Below are positions 47,895-60,300 of a stretch of 64,000 nucleotides of DNA, one piece after another. The notes below the pieces were generated by a model. It was not told the DNA's origin and ran no database searches. It saw only the letters and a program-made list of their open reading frames with translations. Source of the DNA: Piromyces finnis finn (lineage: Eukaryota > Fungi > Neocallimastigomycota); assembly GCA_002104945.1 (NCBI GenBank), contig MCFH01000035.1:124001-188000 (forward strand), in the 5' to 3' direction. Positions within the stretch are counted from its first letter, which is position 1. Each line of letters begins with the position of its first letter. The position numbers and the translations under genes were made by a program.

Positions 47895-48974
47895 TTACAT
47901 AATGAATTTTGAATTCATATTCATTGGATGGGAAGTAGAAAGTTGAGGAATTTGAGTGAATCCCTTAGTTTTCATAATACTTCTAATTTCTTTTAATAAA
48001 TCAGCATAAGAATATTCACTGTTTTTGTTCATGGCTGTAATAAAAGCATATGACATCGCACCAGTAGATTGATTATTGATTTTTGCATCTGCAGATGTTT
48101 GATCATCTTTACAACCAGAAAATTGAATAACTTCAGCTAAATGCTTTCTTTTTTCAACAACTTGTTCATTAGTGACATTACTATCAGTAGCAGTAGCGCT
48201 AGTACTAATCATTCCTAAAATAGATGTAATAACATTGGAATTATTGCCAGAAACAACATCATTAACTAAATTAAAAGCTTGAGAGAAAATACTTTTACGA
48301 GTACTATTTGAAATAACTTCAATTTGACCATCACATTGGTAAGTATATGGTAAATCCATAACAGTACCAGAATGACAAGAATCGAAAATAGCTGTCAAAC
48401 GACAACCTTCTGGTAAAGGTTCTACCAAATGTCTATATATAACATCATCCGTCATTTGACCAGAGTATTCATAATCAACAGGTAAAATAGTTTCATCAAA
48501 GCCATCAATTTCATCACTTTCGGAATCTGTTGAAGTACCTCCATGACCACTATAATGGAAAAATAAGGAATCACCTGATTTGGCTCCCCTTACAAGCCAT
48601 TTCATTCCATTAACAATATTTTTATAAGTTGGTCTCATTATTGAATTTGGATTTTCATCCGTTAAATATAAGCAATTTTTAAAGCCAAAACGTTGACAAA
48701 CCAATTCTGAAACATTTTTGACGTCATTAATACAACCATTTAACTCTGCTTTAGATTTAAAATAATTAATACCAATAAAAAGAGCTTTTTTATTACCAGT
48801 GCAAGTCGAAGTGACATAACTATCACCTTTCTCTTCTTCATAAAATTTATTATAATCACTTGTCCACAAGTTTTCCTCTTTTATCTTTTGATTAATAGCA
48901 TCATTAGCAGATGAAGTTGATTCTTCATTAATTTTAATTTTATATCTTTTGTTATCAATTTTTTTTGGACACAT
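47895..48974 (-). CDS. MCA1: Type I metacaspase, copy 5 (essentially no prodomain; apparently the most divergent), intronless
   Basis: Starts MCPKKIDNKRYKIKIN; HYSGHG and DSCHSG intact. Confidence 0.96.
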   Translation of the reverse strand: MCPKKIDNKRYKIKINEESTSSANDAINQKIKEENLWTSDYNKFYEEEKGDSYVTSTCTGNKKALFIGINYFKSKAELNGCINDVKNVSELVCQRFGFKNCLYLTDENPNSIMRPTYKNIVNGMKWLVRGAKSGDSLFFHYSGHGGTSTDSESDEIDGFDETILPVDYEYSGQMTDDVIYRHLVEPLPEGCRLTAIFDSCHSGTVMDLPYTYQCDGQIEVISNSTRKSIFSQAFNLVNDVVSGNNSNVITSILGMISTSATATDSNVTNEQVVEKRKHLAEVIQFSGCKDDQTSADAKINNQSTGAMSYAFITAMNKNSEYSYADLLKEIRSIMKTKGFTQIPQLSTSHPMNMNSKFIM

Positions 48975-50498
48975 TTTATTTATTATTTAATATTTTTTTT
49001 ATTATTTAATATATTTATAAAAAAAAAATAATAGAAAGAAAGAAAAAACTGTATTTATATAATAAAAAATTATTATGGAATGTATCAATCATGATTAAAG
49101 TTATAATTTTACATTATTAACTTGGTTCACTTGGCAATTAATCCAATTATAAAAATCTTATTTGCTGTCATTTAATTAATGATGTTAAATTTATAAAAAT
49201 TTTTCCTGGATACATTTAATTAAAATTATGAAAAATTTAAAAAAAAAAAAGTATCAATGCTAATAAAAATGAATATGTTGCAATATGAAAAATTAGCTTA
49301 AAATAGGTTAAAGTAGAAGATTATATTGTAAAAGATGATTATTTTAATATTATCAAAGGGTTATAATAACCCTTATGAGTAATAATTTAAATTAAAATTT
49401 AAAATAAAAAGAAAAAAAATGTCTCACTTTGTATAATAAATTTAAAAATGTTAAAATAACATTTATTAAGACATTCATTTATAACTATAAATAAAAATAA
49501 ATATTTTTAAAATTTTATTATCACAATTTTATATGATGGTTATTTCCTATCTATTCATAAAAAAAAAAAGTTAATATATATATTTAACATATTTTATGTA
49601 CTAATATCATAGCATTTTTAATTAGTTCATTTTATCTAATAATAACTCATTCAAATTAATAATAATTAATAAAGAAAAGAAAAAAAAATGAAACATAAAA
49701 AAATAAAGATTAAAAAAAAATTATACTTACTTGATAAAATGAACATAAAATAACAATATATAAATCTGATTTTATATTCACTATTTTATTAAAATATTAA
49801 TAAAACATTTGAAAACTATATTTTTAAAATGTTAAAATATTAAAAGCCAGCCCCTTATTAAAAAAAATGATAATAATAAAATTTATAGTTTAAGTATTTT
49901 TGTAGATTAAGGTCAAAAAATTTTTTATTTTTCCAAAATGTTTATGAAAATATAAAGAAAATATATATATTATACTTGTAAAAAAATTAATGCGTATAGT
50001 TTTTCTTTTATTTTTATTTAAAATGTAAAATATTGCGTTTAATATTTACTAATTTATAACATATAATTTATATATTATTAAAAAAAAAAAAAAAAAATTC
50101 TCTGTTTATATTCATTTACTGTTAATAATTCATTTTTAATATTGTTTCAGTTTTGTATTATATTAAGTATTATAAATATAATTTATGATAGACATTATCT
50201 TTTATATTATTAATAATAAAATATATATTGTTTATAAATAATAGAAAATAGCTACTGAAAAATATTTTTAAAAAAAATGGTTCTATATAATATATTTTAG
50301 ATATAAAAATTAAGGAATTAAGGAATAAAATCAATAATAAACTTGTTGAATTTAATTTTATATTATTACTCTTTATCCATATTAATATTTTTTGATTTAT
50401 AAATATAATAGTGCAAATGCTAGGATCTAATGATATTGCTATTTATACTAAAAATATTATTAAAAAAATTACGTAAAAAACAAAGATTTTTATGTTGT

Positions 50499-51644
50499 TT
50501 ACATTGAGAACTTTTCGTTCATGTTTAATGGACGACTAGTAGAAAGTTGTGGAATTTGAGTAAATTTCTTTTCAGCCATAATTTGCTTAATATTAGCTAA
50601 CATTTCGGTATAGGTGTATTCCTTTTCTTCATTTAATAAAGTAATTATAGCTAAGGACATAGCACCAGTAGCAACATTACCAATTTTGGCATCAGCACTA
50701 GTTTGATTATCTCTACAACCTGAGAATTGAATAACATCAGCAAGATTTTGTCTTTGCTTAAGAACTTCTGGATCTACACCATTAGAAGCTGCTTTTCTAA
50801 GAGAACCATCGAAAATACTCTTAAGAGAATCAGCAATTCTATCTTTATTACCACTATTAATACTATCAATAACATTTGAAGTTTTCTTGAAAATTTCCTT
50901 ACGGACATCATTTTCAATAACTTCGACCTTTCCTTGACATTGATAAGTGTATGGGAGATCCATAACAGTGCCAGAGTGACAAGAATCGAAAATAGCTGTT
51001 AATCTACAACCACGTGGTAATGGTGCAACTAAATTTTCGTAAATATCATCATCAAGAATTTGACCATTAGTGAGGTAATCACATGGTAAAATGGTTTCAT
51101 CGAATCCATCAACTTCATCATTATCCTTATCTTTAGCAGTACCACCATGACCACTGTAATGGAAGAATAAAGAATCACCTGCTTTAGCATCCTTAGTAAG
51201 CCATTTCATTCCATTAATAATGTTTTGATAAGTTGGCTTCTTTCTTTCATCAGATTGATCATCAGTTAAAATTATAGCTTGAGTGATACCAAATTTCTTA
51301 GCAACTAATTGAGAGATATTCTTAACATCGTTAATACAACCATTAAGTGGACTTTTTCCTCCGATATAATTAATACCGATGTAAAGAGCCTTCTTATTAC
51401 CACTACAATCAGATCTTGTAAATTTATCTCCTTCTCTTTCATTGTAGAATTTTTCAACATCATTATTCCAAACTTCTTGACTCTTAATTTGGTTATGAAT
51501 GTGATTAGTTAATTTTGAAGTACTATTATCAGTGTTAACTTTAATCTTATATCTCTTAGTTTCTTTGATAACTTGACCATTGACAATTTTTGTTGTGGTT
51601 TTAATAACCTCCTTATATGGAGCTTCGGTAGTAATAGTAGACAT
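50499..51644 (-). CDS. MCA1: Type I metacaspase, copy 6 (short Thr/Lys/Ile-rich N-terminus), intronless
   Basis: Likely start ATG 51644 (MSTITTEAP); HYSGHG and DSCHSG intact; QIPQLSTSRP. Confidence 0.96.
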   Translation of the reverse strand: MSTITTEAPYKEVIKTTTKIVNGQVIKETKRYKIKVNTDNSTSKLTNHIHNQIKSQEVWNNDVEKFYNEREGDKFTRSDCSGNKKALYIGINYIGGKSPLNGCINDVKNISQLVAKKFGITQAIILTDDQSDERKKPTYQNIINGMKWLTKDAKAGDSLFFHYSGHGGTAKDKDNDEVDGFDETILPCDYLTNGQILDDDIYENLVAPLPRGCRLTAIFDSCHSGTVMDLPYTYQCQGKVEVIENDVRKEIFKKTSNVIDSINSGNKDRIADSLKSIFDGSLRKAASNGVDPEVLKQRQNLADVIQFSGCRDNQTSADAKIGNVATGAMSLAIITLLNEEKEYTYTEMLANIKQIMAEKKFTQIPQLSTSRPLNMNEKFSM

Positions 51645-54600
51645 TTTCTGTATTATTAAATTTTTATTGAATAAGCATATAATATTTATAAACAAAAAAT
51701 ATAATATTATTACTATGAAATAGCAATTAAATAAATTCTTATATACTCAATATTACAATTAATTAATTAATTATAATTAAAATCTAAAGTGATAAAAGTA
51801 ACATTTATAAAAACATTTTTATTTATTTATAAATCAAATGAAAAATTTAATTAATTTTTTCAATTATTTATTTATATTAATTGTATATTTTTTATAAATA
51901 AATTACTATTTTTATTCCTTCTTTATTGGTTTTATTAAGTATCCGAAATATTTTGTTATTAGGATTAAAATTTTACCAATTAAATTATAATACTTTTCAT
52001 TATATATAGTTACAAAATATGAGTGTTGAATTATTAATAGCTTATGTTATTAAATTATTTTAAGATTATTATTTGCCTCATTCATTTAACATTTACTAAT
52101 GCTATTTTAAAATTAAATTTTATTTAACTATGTGGAATTCTTTAAAAATTTCAGTGAATTTTTGTTGTTTTATTATCAATTTTATTATATATTATCAATT
52201 ACCTATTATATAAATTTGTTTAAAAAATTATAAATATAATATAATTTTTATATATATATTTTATTATTAAATATGTCTTTTGTATAAAAGATTTACTTTT
52301 TTTTATTTTTATTTATTTTATTTTTTTTAATAAGTTATATTTGTTATTTTTTTTTTTTTTTTTTTTTTTTTTACTATTGGTACTAGCATTGAAAAAGCAT
52401 AATTCCCAAATAATTGAGGATTATATAATATATTATTAAATGAAAAAAATATATTCTGATTTTTCGGTTATATTAAAATATAAAAAAACTTTATTTATTA
52501 AAATTATATTTTTAATATGAAATTAATTAAATATTATAAATATGAGTTATATATTAGTTTAATTAAATATATATTACAATATATTTAAATGTTTAATATC
52601 AATTGAAAAAGCATTAGTAATATATTATTAATATATTATTTCTTGAGAAATTAATATTAAAAAATGTAGTATAAATGTATTTTGTTTTATACCTAAATAT
52701 TGTAATGTATATAAAGATAAAAATAAAAGTGTTTAAAAAGAATTACTAATCTTTCCCTTCTTATTACAAACTATAAACTATGAGAAATGCTTAATACGAA
52801 AATATTAAAAATAATTATAATGAAATTAATTTAATATTTATATTAGTAAAAAATGATAAACTGTTATTTAATATTCATAATTATATATGATATTTATCGA
52901 TAATTCCAATATTATGTAATAACCAAAAACGGGCATTAAAAATATAACAAAAAATATTGTACAGCATTGCCAAAACTAATGATTTATTATTCAATAATAT
53001 AATAAGAAATTAAGAAGTATATTCTTATTTACTTATATTATAATTTAAAAAAAGAGAGAGAGAGAGAAGAAAACTATATATTATCTATAAAATAATTTTA
53101 TTCTATGGATAGAAACATTAAACAAAAACATTTAAAATATTTATATTTTTAAAATGTTATTTAAATTAAAAAAGAAACTTACTCAAAGTTTTTTCCTTAT
53201 CCTTGTTTCATTACATTTTTAAAAAAAATAAATCTTAATAAAAATATATTTTTTTTCTTTTTTTGGTAAAATTACACAGAAATTAACGCCACTTCTAAAA
53301 ATGGAAAAGTTGACATTTGAATTGGTGATATTATTTTTATATATTATAATATATTCCAAAGTAATAAAATAGTACATATTAGTACTACAATTTTTTTCTG
53401 TATATATAATAAAAATTCCTCCACATTATAATGTGAAAAGTAATGAAGCCTTTTCTTTCATTTTTCTTTCATAGATATAGAAAAGTTTGTAAAGTATGAT
53501 TCATATCAATATCTTCTATTATGTAGAAGAATAATTTAAAAAATTTTATTATATACTATACTCTAAAAGTAAATGAAGATTACTTAATTGTATCTCTACT
53601 AAAAATATTAAATATTTATATAAATAAAACAATAAAAAAAAAATTAACAATCTATTTAATATAATAGTTTTTTACATAATTAAAAATTTAAAATTAAATC
53701 CTTAATCTTTATCATATGTAAAATAAATAATAATAGGTTCTTAGTTTTATAAATTATAGCTATTATTAAATTTCGTACAACTAACATGAATTTTTGATAA
53801 GTTGTTTTCGTTTTTGTCGTTTTTACTATTATTTATAAAGGAGTAATAAAATATGTATACTTTACTAAAATAATGTAAAAAAAAAAATAACGATTTTCAT
53901 AATCTAAATAATTTTGATAATCTTTTACTAAAATTTATTAAAAAAAAACTAAATAATGTTTTTTTATTAACTTGCTATTTATTCTTAACAAATGGTTTAA
54001 ATTAATGGGTTTATATATATACAAATATAACAAAAATCAAATAATAACTTATTTAAATAATTCAAATACATTCTCTTCAAAGTATTAAATAATTTTTATT
54101 TGCATTTCATGAAAAAATTTCATGTAATAAAAATATTAAAATATTTAATCACAAAATCATTATTTCTCCTAACCCTAAATCATAAATATTATATTAATTA
54201 TTTAATAGTAAATAATTAAATAGCTATTATACTTCTAAAAAACAACTTAATAATACCTCAAAGAAATATTTTTATATTTGTTCATTAACTATTATATTAC
54301 TTTTAACATTTTTTAAATAATAAAAAAAAATATTAATATCTAAATATTTAAATGTTCCAATTTATTAATGTAATATTTTCATATATTAATGTTTTTAAGC
54401 TAATCACTTGATTTCTTATTATTTTGATATAATGTATACAAATTTACTATAAAAGCTTATTAAAATACGTAATAATATACGTATACAGGTTTTTAATATT
54501 AAAAATACATCATGTGATTAATAATAGACTGATTGGATAGAATGATCAAATTTTTTAAGATATAATTAATTCGTTTTAAAAAAAATAAATAATAGTTTAA

Positions 54601-54997
54601 AAAATATATATTGGCTGTATATTGAAATATATTGTAAATATGCATTTATAAATATAATTTTTTTTTTTAACAAATAACAAAAATTAAAAAATAAAAGAAT
54701 TTTTTTTTTTTTCTTCAATAGATTTTAAATTTAAAAACACAATTTGAAATGTAATGTTAAAATATATAATTATTTAAATAATATTAAGCTTAAACTTAAA
54801 ATTTTATCTATAATATTATATTTGTTTTTTTTTTTTTTTAAAGAAAAAAACTAATTATCATTAAGTATAATCAGAATGTGATATTAACTATATTTTTATA
54901 AATATATATATATATGGAACTTATTAATAATATATACATACAAATCAATATTAAATACCATACTAATGTAAAATATAAACAGTAAATTATAAAAAAA

Positions 54998-56484
54998 ATG
55001 TCTTTCCGTGGACGTGGAGGAAATAGAGGTCGTGGCCGTGGTGGTTTCAATGCCCCACAAGGTCCACCAGATACTGTTGTTGGTAATTATTAGACTTTAA
55101 TCTTTTTTTCAGTAACAAAAAAAACGAATAAAAGAATATAAGGAACAATGTATAATTAAAGAAATGTTTGTAGTCACCAAAATCTTTTCAGAAATTAAAC
55201 AATTATAATAATATTTAGTAAAAGTTTCAAAAAAAAAGTTTGATTTTGATTTATATATATCAAAATTAGGATCATTATGCACTATTATAACATTAATTAT
55301 AATTATATATATTAGGAGATATTTTTAAATGCTCTTAGAATTTTATGTATTAATACAGAGTAATAATTAATTATAGTAGTAGTAGTAATATATATGATTT
55401 GTTTAAAATATATATTAATTTATTATAAATTTAAATCTTAAAATATTGAAAAAAAAGATTTATAAGTAATATATATAAAATATATAGATTATTTATATTT
55501 AATAAAGTAGAAAATAGTAATTAGTAGTTTACTTTTTAAAATTATTTTCATAAAGCCAAACATTTCTTTTTATTATATACATTTATTCATATATTTAAGA
55601 TTTATAAATTATTATTAGTTTTTAATATATTAATTATATATTCTAATGATCAATAATATAGCTATGGGTGAATTTATGCATGAATGTCACGGTGAAATGG
55701 TAAAAATCTTATATAAAAATAACTTAAATATAATGTAAAAGATAAATATCAAATACTAATTATTTTTATGAATACTTGTTTTTGTTAAAATAAATAGGTT
55801 TGTAAGTCAATTAACACTAAGATTCCATATTTCAATGCTCCAATCTACCTTGAAAACAAAACTCAAATTGGTAAAGTTGAAGAAATCCTTGGTCCTTTCA
55901 CTGAAGTTGTAAGTGATATAATTATTCTTTTTGAGTATTATATAAGATATCTTATATAGTTAATATGACATAAATAGTATTATTAACAATTTATAATATT
56001 AATTTAAAATAAAATTACTGTAAATTAAATAGTATTTCACTGTTAAACTTCAAGATGGTGTTGTTGCCTCCTCTTTCAAAGAAAAGGATAAGGTTTACAT
56101 ATCCCCAGATAAGCTTTTACCATTAGAAAGATTCCTTCCAAAGCCAAAGGCTGTTGGTAAAAGTAAGTAAAATAAGATTTACAAATTAAATGTAAAATTG
56201 ATGTATTATTTAAATTAATATCGGTATTATTTATTAATTATTTTAATAATTATAAAGTTGAAAAGCCATTAAACAGACAAGGTATGCTTGGTAACAAACG
56301 TGGAGGTCGCGGTGGCGCTAGAGGCGGTCGCGGTGGTGCCAGAGGCGGCTTCGGTGGCCGTGGTGGTGCCAGAGGCGGTTTCGGTGGCCGTGGTGGTGCT
56401 AGAGGTGGCTTTGGTGGCCGTGGTGGTGCCAGAGGCGGTTTCGGTGGCCGTGGTGGTTCTAGAGGCGGTTTCGGAAGAAAGTAA
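54998..56484 (+). CDS. GAR1: H/ACA snoRNP subunit Gar1 (5 exons)
   Basis: [95 protein letters not shown], and a C-terminal RGG box. Confidence 0.97.
56302..56475 (+). repeat. 27-bp coding tandem repeat ([10 protein letters not shown]-type RGG box) of Gar1
   Basis: Repeats of 'ggtggccgtggtggtgccagaggcggtttc' and variants. Confidence 0.88.
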
Positions 56485-57103
56485 ATTGTTTAAAGGAGAA
56501 AAAAATATTTTCAATTTCAATAATATTAAATATTTTATTCATTTAAAACTACTTCAAATCGTCATTTCCCAATTTACTTTTTTTAGATAAAGAAATGAAG
56601 AAAGTATTTAATCATTACACAATATATGAACAAAAAAAAATTAAAGTGAAAAGACAGGAAAAAAGAAAAAGGAAATTTTTTATATTTATAATATTTATTT
56701 AAAATTTTATTTATTTTTATTTATAATATTTATATTATAAGTATCTTTTTTTTTTTTTTACTTTTTTTCCTTATTTTTTTCAATTAGAATTTTAATTTTT
56801 CCTTTCTTTCAATTTTTTATTTATTAAAATTACTTTTATAATTTACCTCTAAATAATTTAAATTTTAATTTATACAACCCTTATAAAATACACTTTTAGT
56901 TTTTTTATATATAAATTATATTTACATACATATATAAATAAATAATAATTTTTAATTCATTTTCTTTTTTTAATTATTATCATGTTAAAATATAAAATCT
57001 TTTAAAAATATATTATTAAATAAAAAATTTAAAAAAAAAAAAGTTGATTAATTATTTTATAAAAATTTTTATTTTTATTTTGTTTATAACATTTATATTT
57101 TAA

Positions 57104-57149
<46 letters not shown>

Positions 57150-57418
57150 TTAAAGATTTAAATATATGATGATAAATTCTATTATTTTATTTTATTTTAT
57201 TTTATTTTTAATAATATATTATATAATAATTATGATTTATTTCATAACCTTTTTATGAAAATAATATATATTAAATAGTTTATATAAAGGGGAAAAATAT
57301 ATTAAATAATTATATATAACATGTATAACATTTGTTTTTCTTTTAGGATTTTTACCAAATTTCTTTTTTAATATAACTTTGCTTCATTTTACTTTTAAAG
57401 TTTGTACCAGAGTATAAC

Positions 57419-59295
57419 TTAAGCAATGTAATTCTTTGGCTCACCTAAAAGACCGATAAGCTTCTTAGCAATATCCTTAAATATTTTAGAGTAACTACTA
57501 TCTGGTTGAGAATAAACAAATGGTTTACCATTATCATCATTAATAGTGCTATTTAATGGTAATTCTCCAAGGAAATCAAGACTCATATCCTTGCACATTC
57601 TTTTAACACTATCGTTATTACCGAAAATGTAATTCTTCTTACCACAATCTGGGCATTCAAAGTAACTCATATTTTGAATAAGACCAAAGATCTATTATTA
57701 TAATACATAAATTTATAAATCATCATTATTAAATATATTTACTTTTATTATAAAAATTTATATAATTAAACTTACTGGAATTTTCATTTCTTTAAGCATA
57801 CTAGTACCCTTTCTAACATCAGCTACAGCAACATCTTGTGGAGTAGAAACAACAACAGAACCTTTTATATAATTATAATAATTATTATTTATAACATAAC
57901 ATGTTAAATGGATACTTTATTTTTTTTTTAATAAACATAAATTAAATTTATATTTACCTGAAACTGGAAGTTCTTGTGAAAGTGTAATATGAACATCACC
58001 AGTACCTGGTGGACAGTCAACAACAAGAATATCTAAGCCACTCCAGTTAACTTTACGAATTAATTCCTTTATAGTATCACAGATTAAAACACCACGCCAT
58101 ACAACAGCAGCATTTTCATCATCTAATAATAAACCCATAGACATACACTTTAAACCATATTTTTCCTTTGGTATAATCATAGTTTCTATTATTAATAAAA
58201 TATATATAAATATATATATTAATAAAAGACTTAAAAAAAGAAAAAACATTATCATTAATGATTTATAACGAAAGAGCTTCATTTACCATTTTCATTTAAA
58301 TGTAATTCATTATCTAAGGCTAAGAGCTTTGGAATAGATGGGCCGTTAATATCAGCATCCAAAATACCTAAAATTAATGACCATCATATGTTATAACTAT
58401 TAGTTCAAATACTTAATTATATAAAAAATATTTATTAAATATATTTATATACTTACCAACTTTTTTACCACAAGCTTGGAAGGCAAGAGCAAGATTAACT
58501 AATTATAAATTTAGCAATAAATTATTATTCAAATACATAAATATAAATTAATGAATATCTATTATTCATTATAATAGTATAGTATTAAATATTATAAATA
58601 ATAATTACCAGCAACTGTACTCTTTCCAACACCACCTTTTTTTTTTTATTTAATTTTTATTTTGTTAAATATTAATATAAAAAATTAATTGTTAAAACAT
58701 ATAAAAATATTTATTCTTTTTTACCTTTTCCTGAAGTAACACAAAGAATATGTTTAACACCTGGAATTGGTTTTTTAACAATTCTCTTCTTTCTTTGTCT
58801 CTTTTTTTGTTGATCTACAGCACAACTTTCATGAAAACGTTGAAAAGTTAAATTAAAAGAATTTTGTGGCTATTATTATAAAAAATAATTTTTCAAATAA
58901 ATACAATAAAAATAAAATTAGAATTAATAATACTACAGAATATTCTTTTAATTATTTTTATAATTGTTATGTATTTATAATGTTTTAACTGGCAATTAAT
59001 AATTAAATATCATTATAAATTATAAATACAATTCTATAAAATATAAATGATAAATATTATGTTGATTAATTTTAATTTCTGACTTTTTTTTCGTTTCTAT
59101 CAAATTTGATTTATACTTTATAGTTATTTTACTTAAAATATTTACAATTTTTAATTTTGGAGTGTTTATTGATAACTTATTCAAAGAAATAGCAGGTAAT
59201 GAAGAACTGGCAACGGAACTTAAAGAATTTAAAGCTACTCTTGATAAAGTAGTCTTCATAAATGTATTTGAAGTAGATTGAAATCCTCTTAACAT
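57419..59295 (-). CDS. IND1: Mrp/Nbp35-family P-loop ATPase, Ind1/NUBPL type, with an organellar presequence (multi-exon)
   Basis: KPIPGVKHILCVTSGKGGVGKSTVA, GILDADINGPSIP, MSMGLLLDDENAAVVWRG, LDILVVDCPPGTGDVHITL, VVSTPQDVA, NMSYFECPDCG. There is no N-terminal ferredoxin-like Cys cluster (unlike Nbp35), and the leader MLRGFQSTSNTFMKTTLSRVAL is Ser/Thr/Arg-rich and free of acidic residues. Confidence 0.88.
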
Positions 59296-60300
59296 TTTGA
59301 ATTATGTTATACTAAATTAGATTTCTATAGAATGATATTAATTTCGAAAAGAAATGATAATATATGTTAAATATCTAATATAATTATTAAATACTGAAAA
59401 TTATTGTATATTTTATTTTAATATTCAGTTTCCTACCTTTAAATTATTCTAATCTTTGAAATGTACTTTAATATATAAATAACAAAAACTAATTTAATGC
59501 CAAAAAAAAAAAAATAAAAATTTAAATCAATTAATTAAATAATATATTATTAAGTACATTATAATATATGGATGTAATTTAGATATGGTTTTTCCTAACC
59601 AATAATTAACAAAATATTATTTTTAAAAGGTATTAAACATAAACAATTTTATAAAAAAAGTGTGGAGATTTGATTTTTTACAGTAATAGAAAAATTCAAA
59701 GCATCATATTTTTTTTACTGAATTTTTCAATTCTTTAATTTAAATATTACTTTTTTTTAAAAAAAAAAATTTATATAATAATAATAATAATGATAATAAC
59801 AATATAATAACGTTAAAATTAAATGTTATAATCATTTAAAAGATAATATTTCTAATTATTAATTAACATTTAACATTAATATTATATTTTTTTGTAATTT
59901 GTAATTTTATATTCAATTTTTAGTAAAAAATTATATAATCTAACCTATAAATAAATAAAAGGTTAGGGTTTCGATTGAAATTAATAAATGGTATTATTTT
60001 TTTACGACTTTGAATATTTATATTTTTTATAAAAAAAAAGGAAATTCTATACATTTTTTATTTTATTTTATTTTATTATGATACCCAAGTTTAATAGATA
60101 TAATATTACCGAAAAAAATAAATAAAATAATGTTTATTTCTTTTTATATAAGTTGTTCAATATAATATATTTTTTAACTATATTTTATTAATTATATTTC
60201 TTATAATATCGAAAACTATTTATTTTTATTTGTAATAAATCCTTTTTATTTTATTTTATTTTTTAATTTACAATTTTTTTATTTATTTATTTAAAAGAAA

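Noticed and set aside
51700-54990. Possible hidden partner gene (e.g. gasdermin-like substrate, inhibitor or NLR) in the spacers around the metacaspase array
   Set aside because: The spacers (including 31.5-33.9, 35.2-37.1, 38.6-41.1 and 42.7-44.1 kb) are extremely AT-rich, with no ORF or exon-like GC islands that I could read as coding. Very short exons cannot be excluded without RNA-seq.
56269-56590. Thr/Ala-rich minus ORF and Val/Ala-rich plus ORF
   Set aside because: Alternative frames of the Gar1 RGG repeat.
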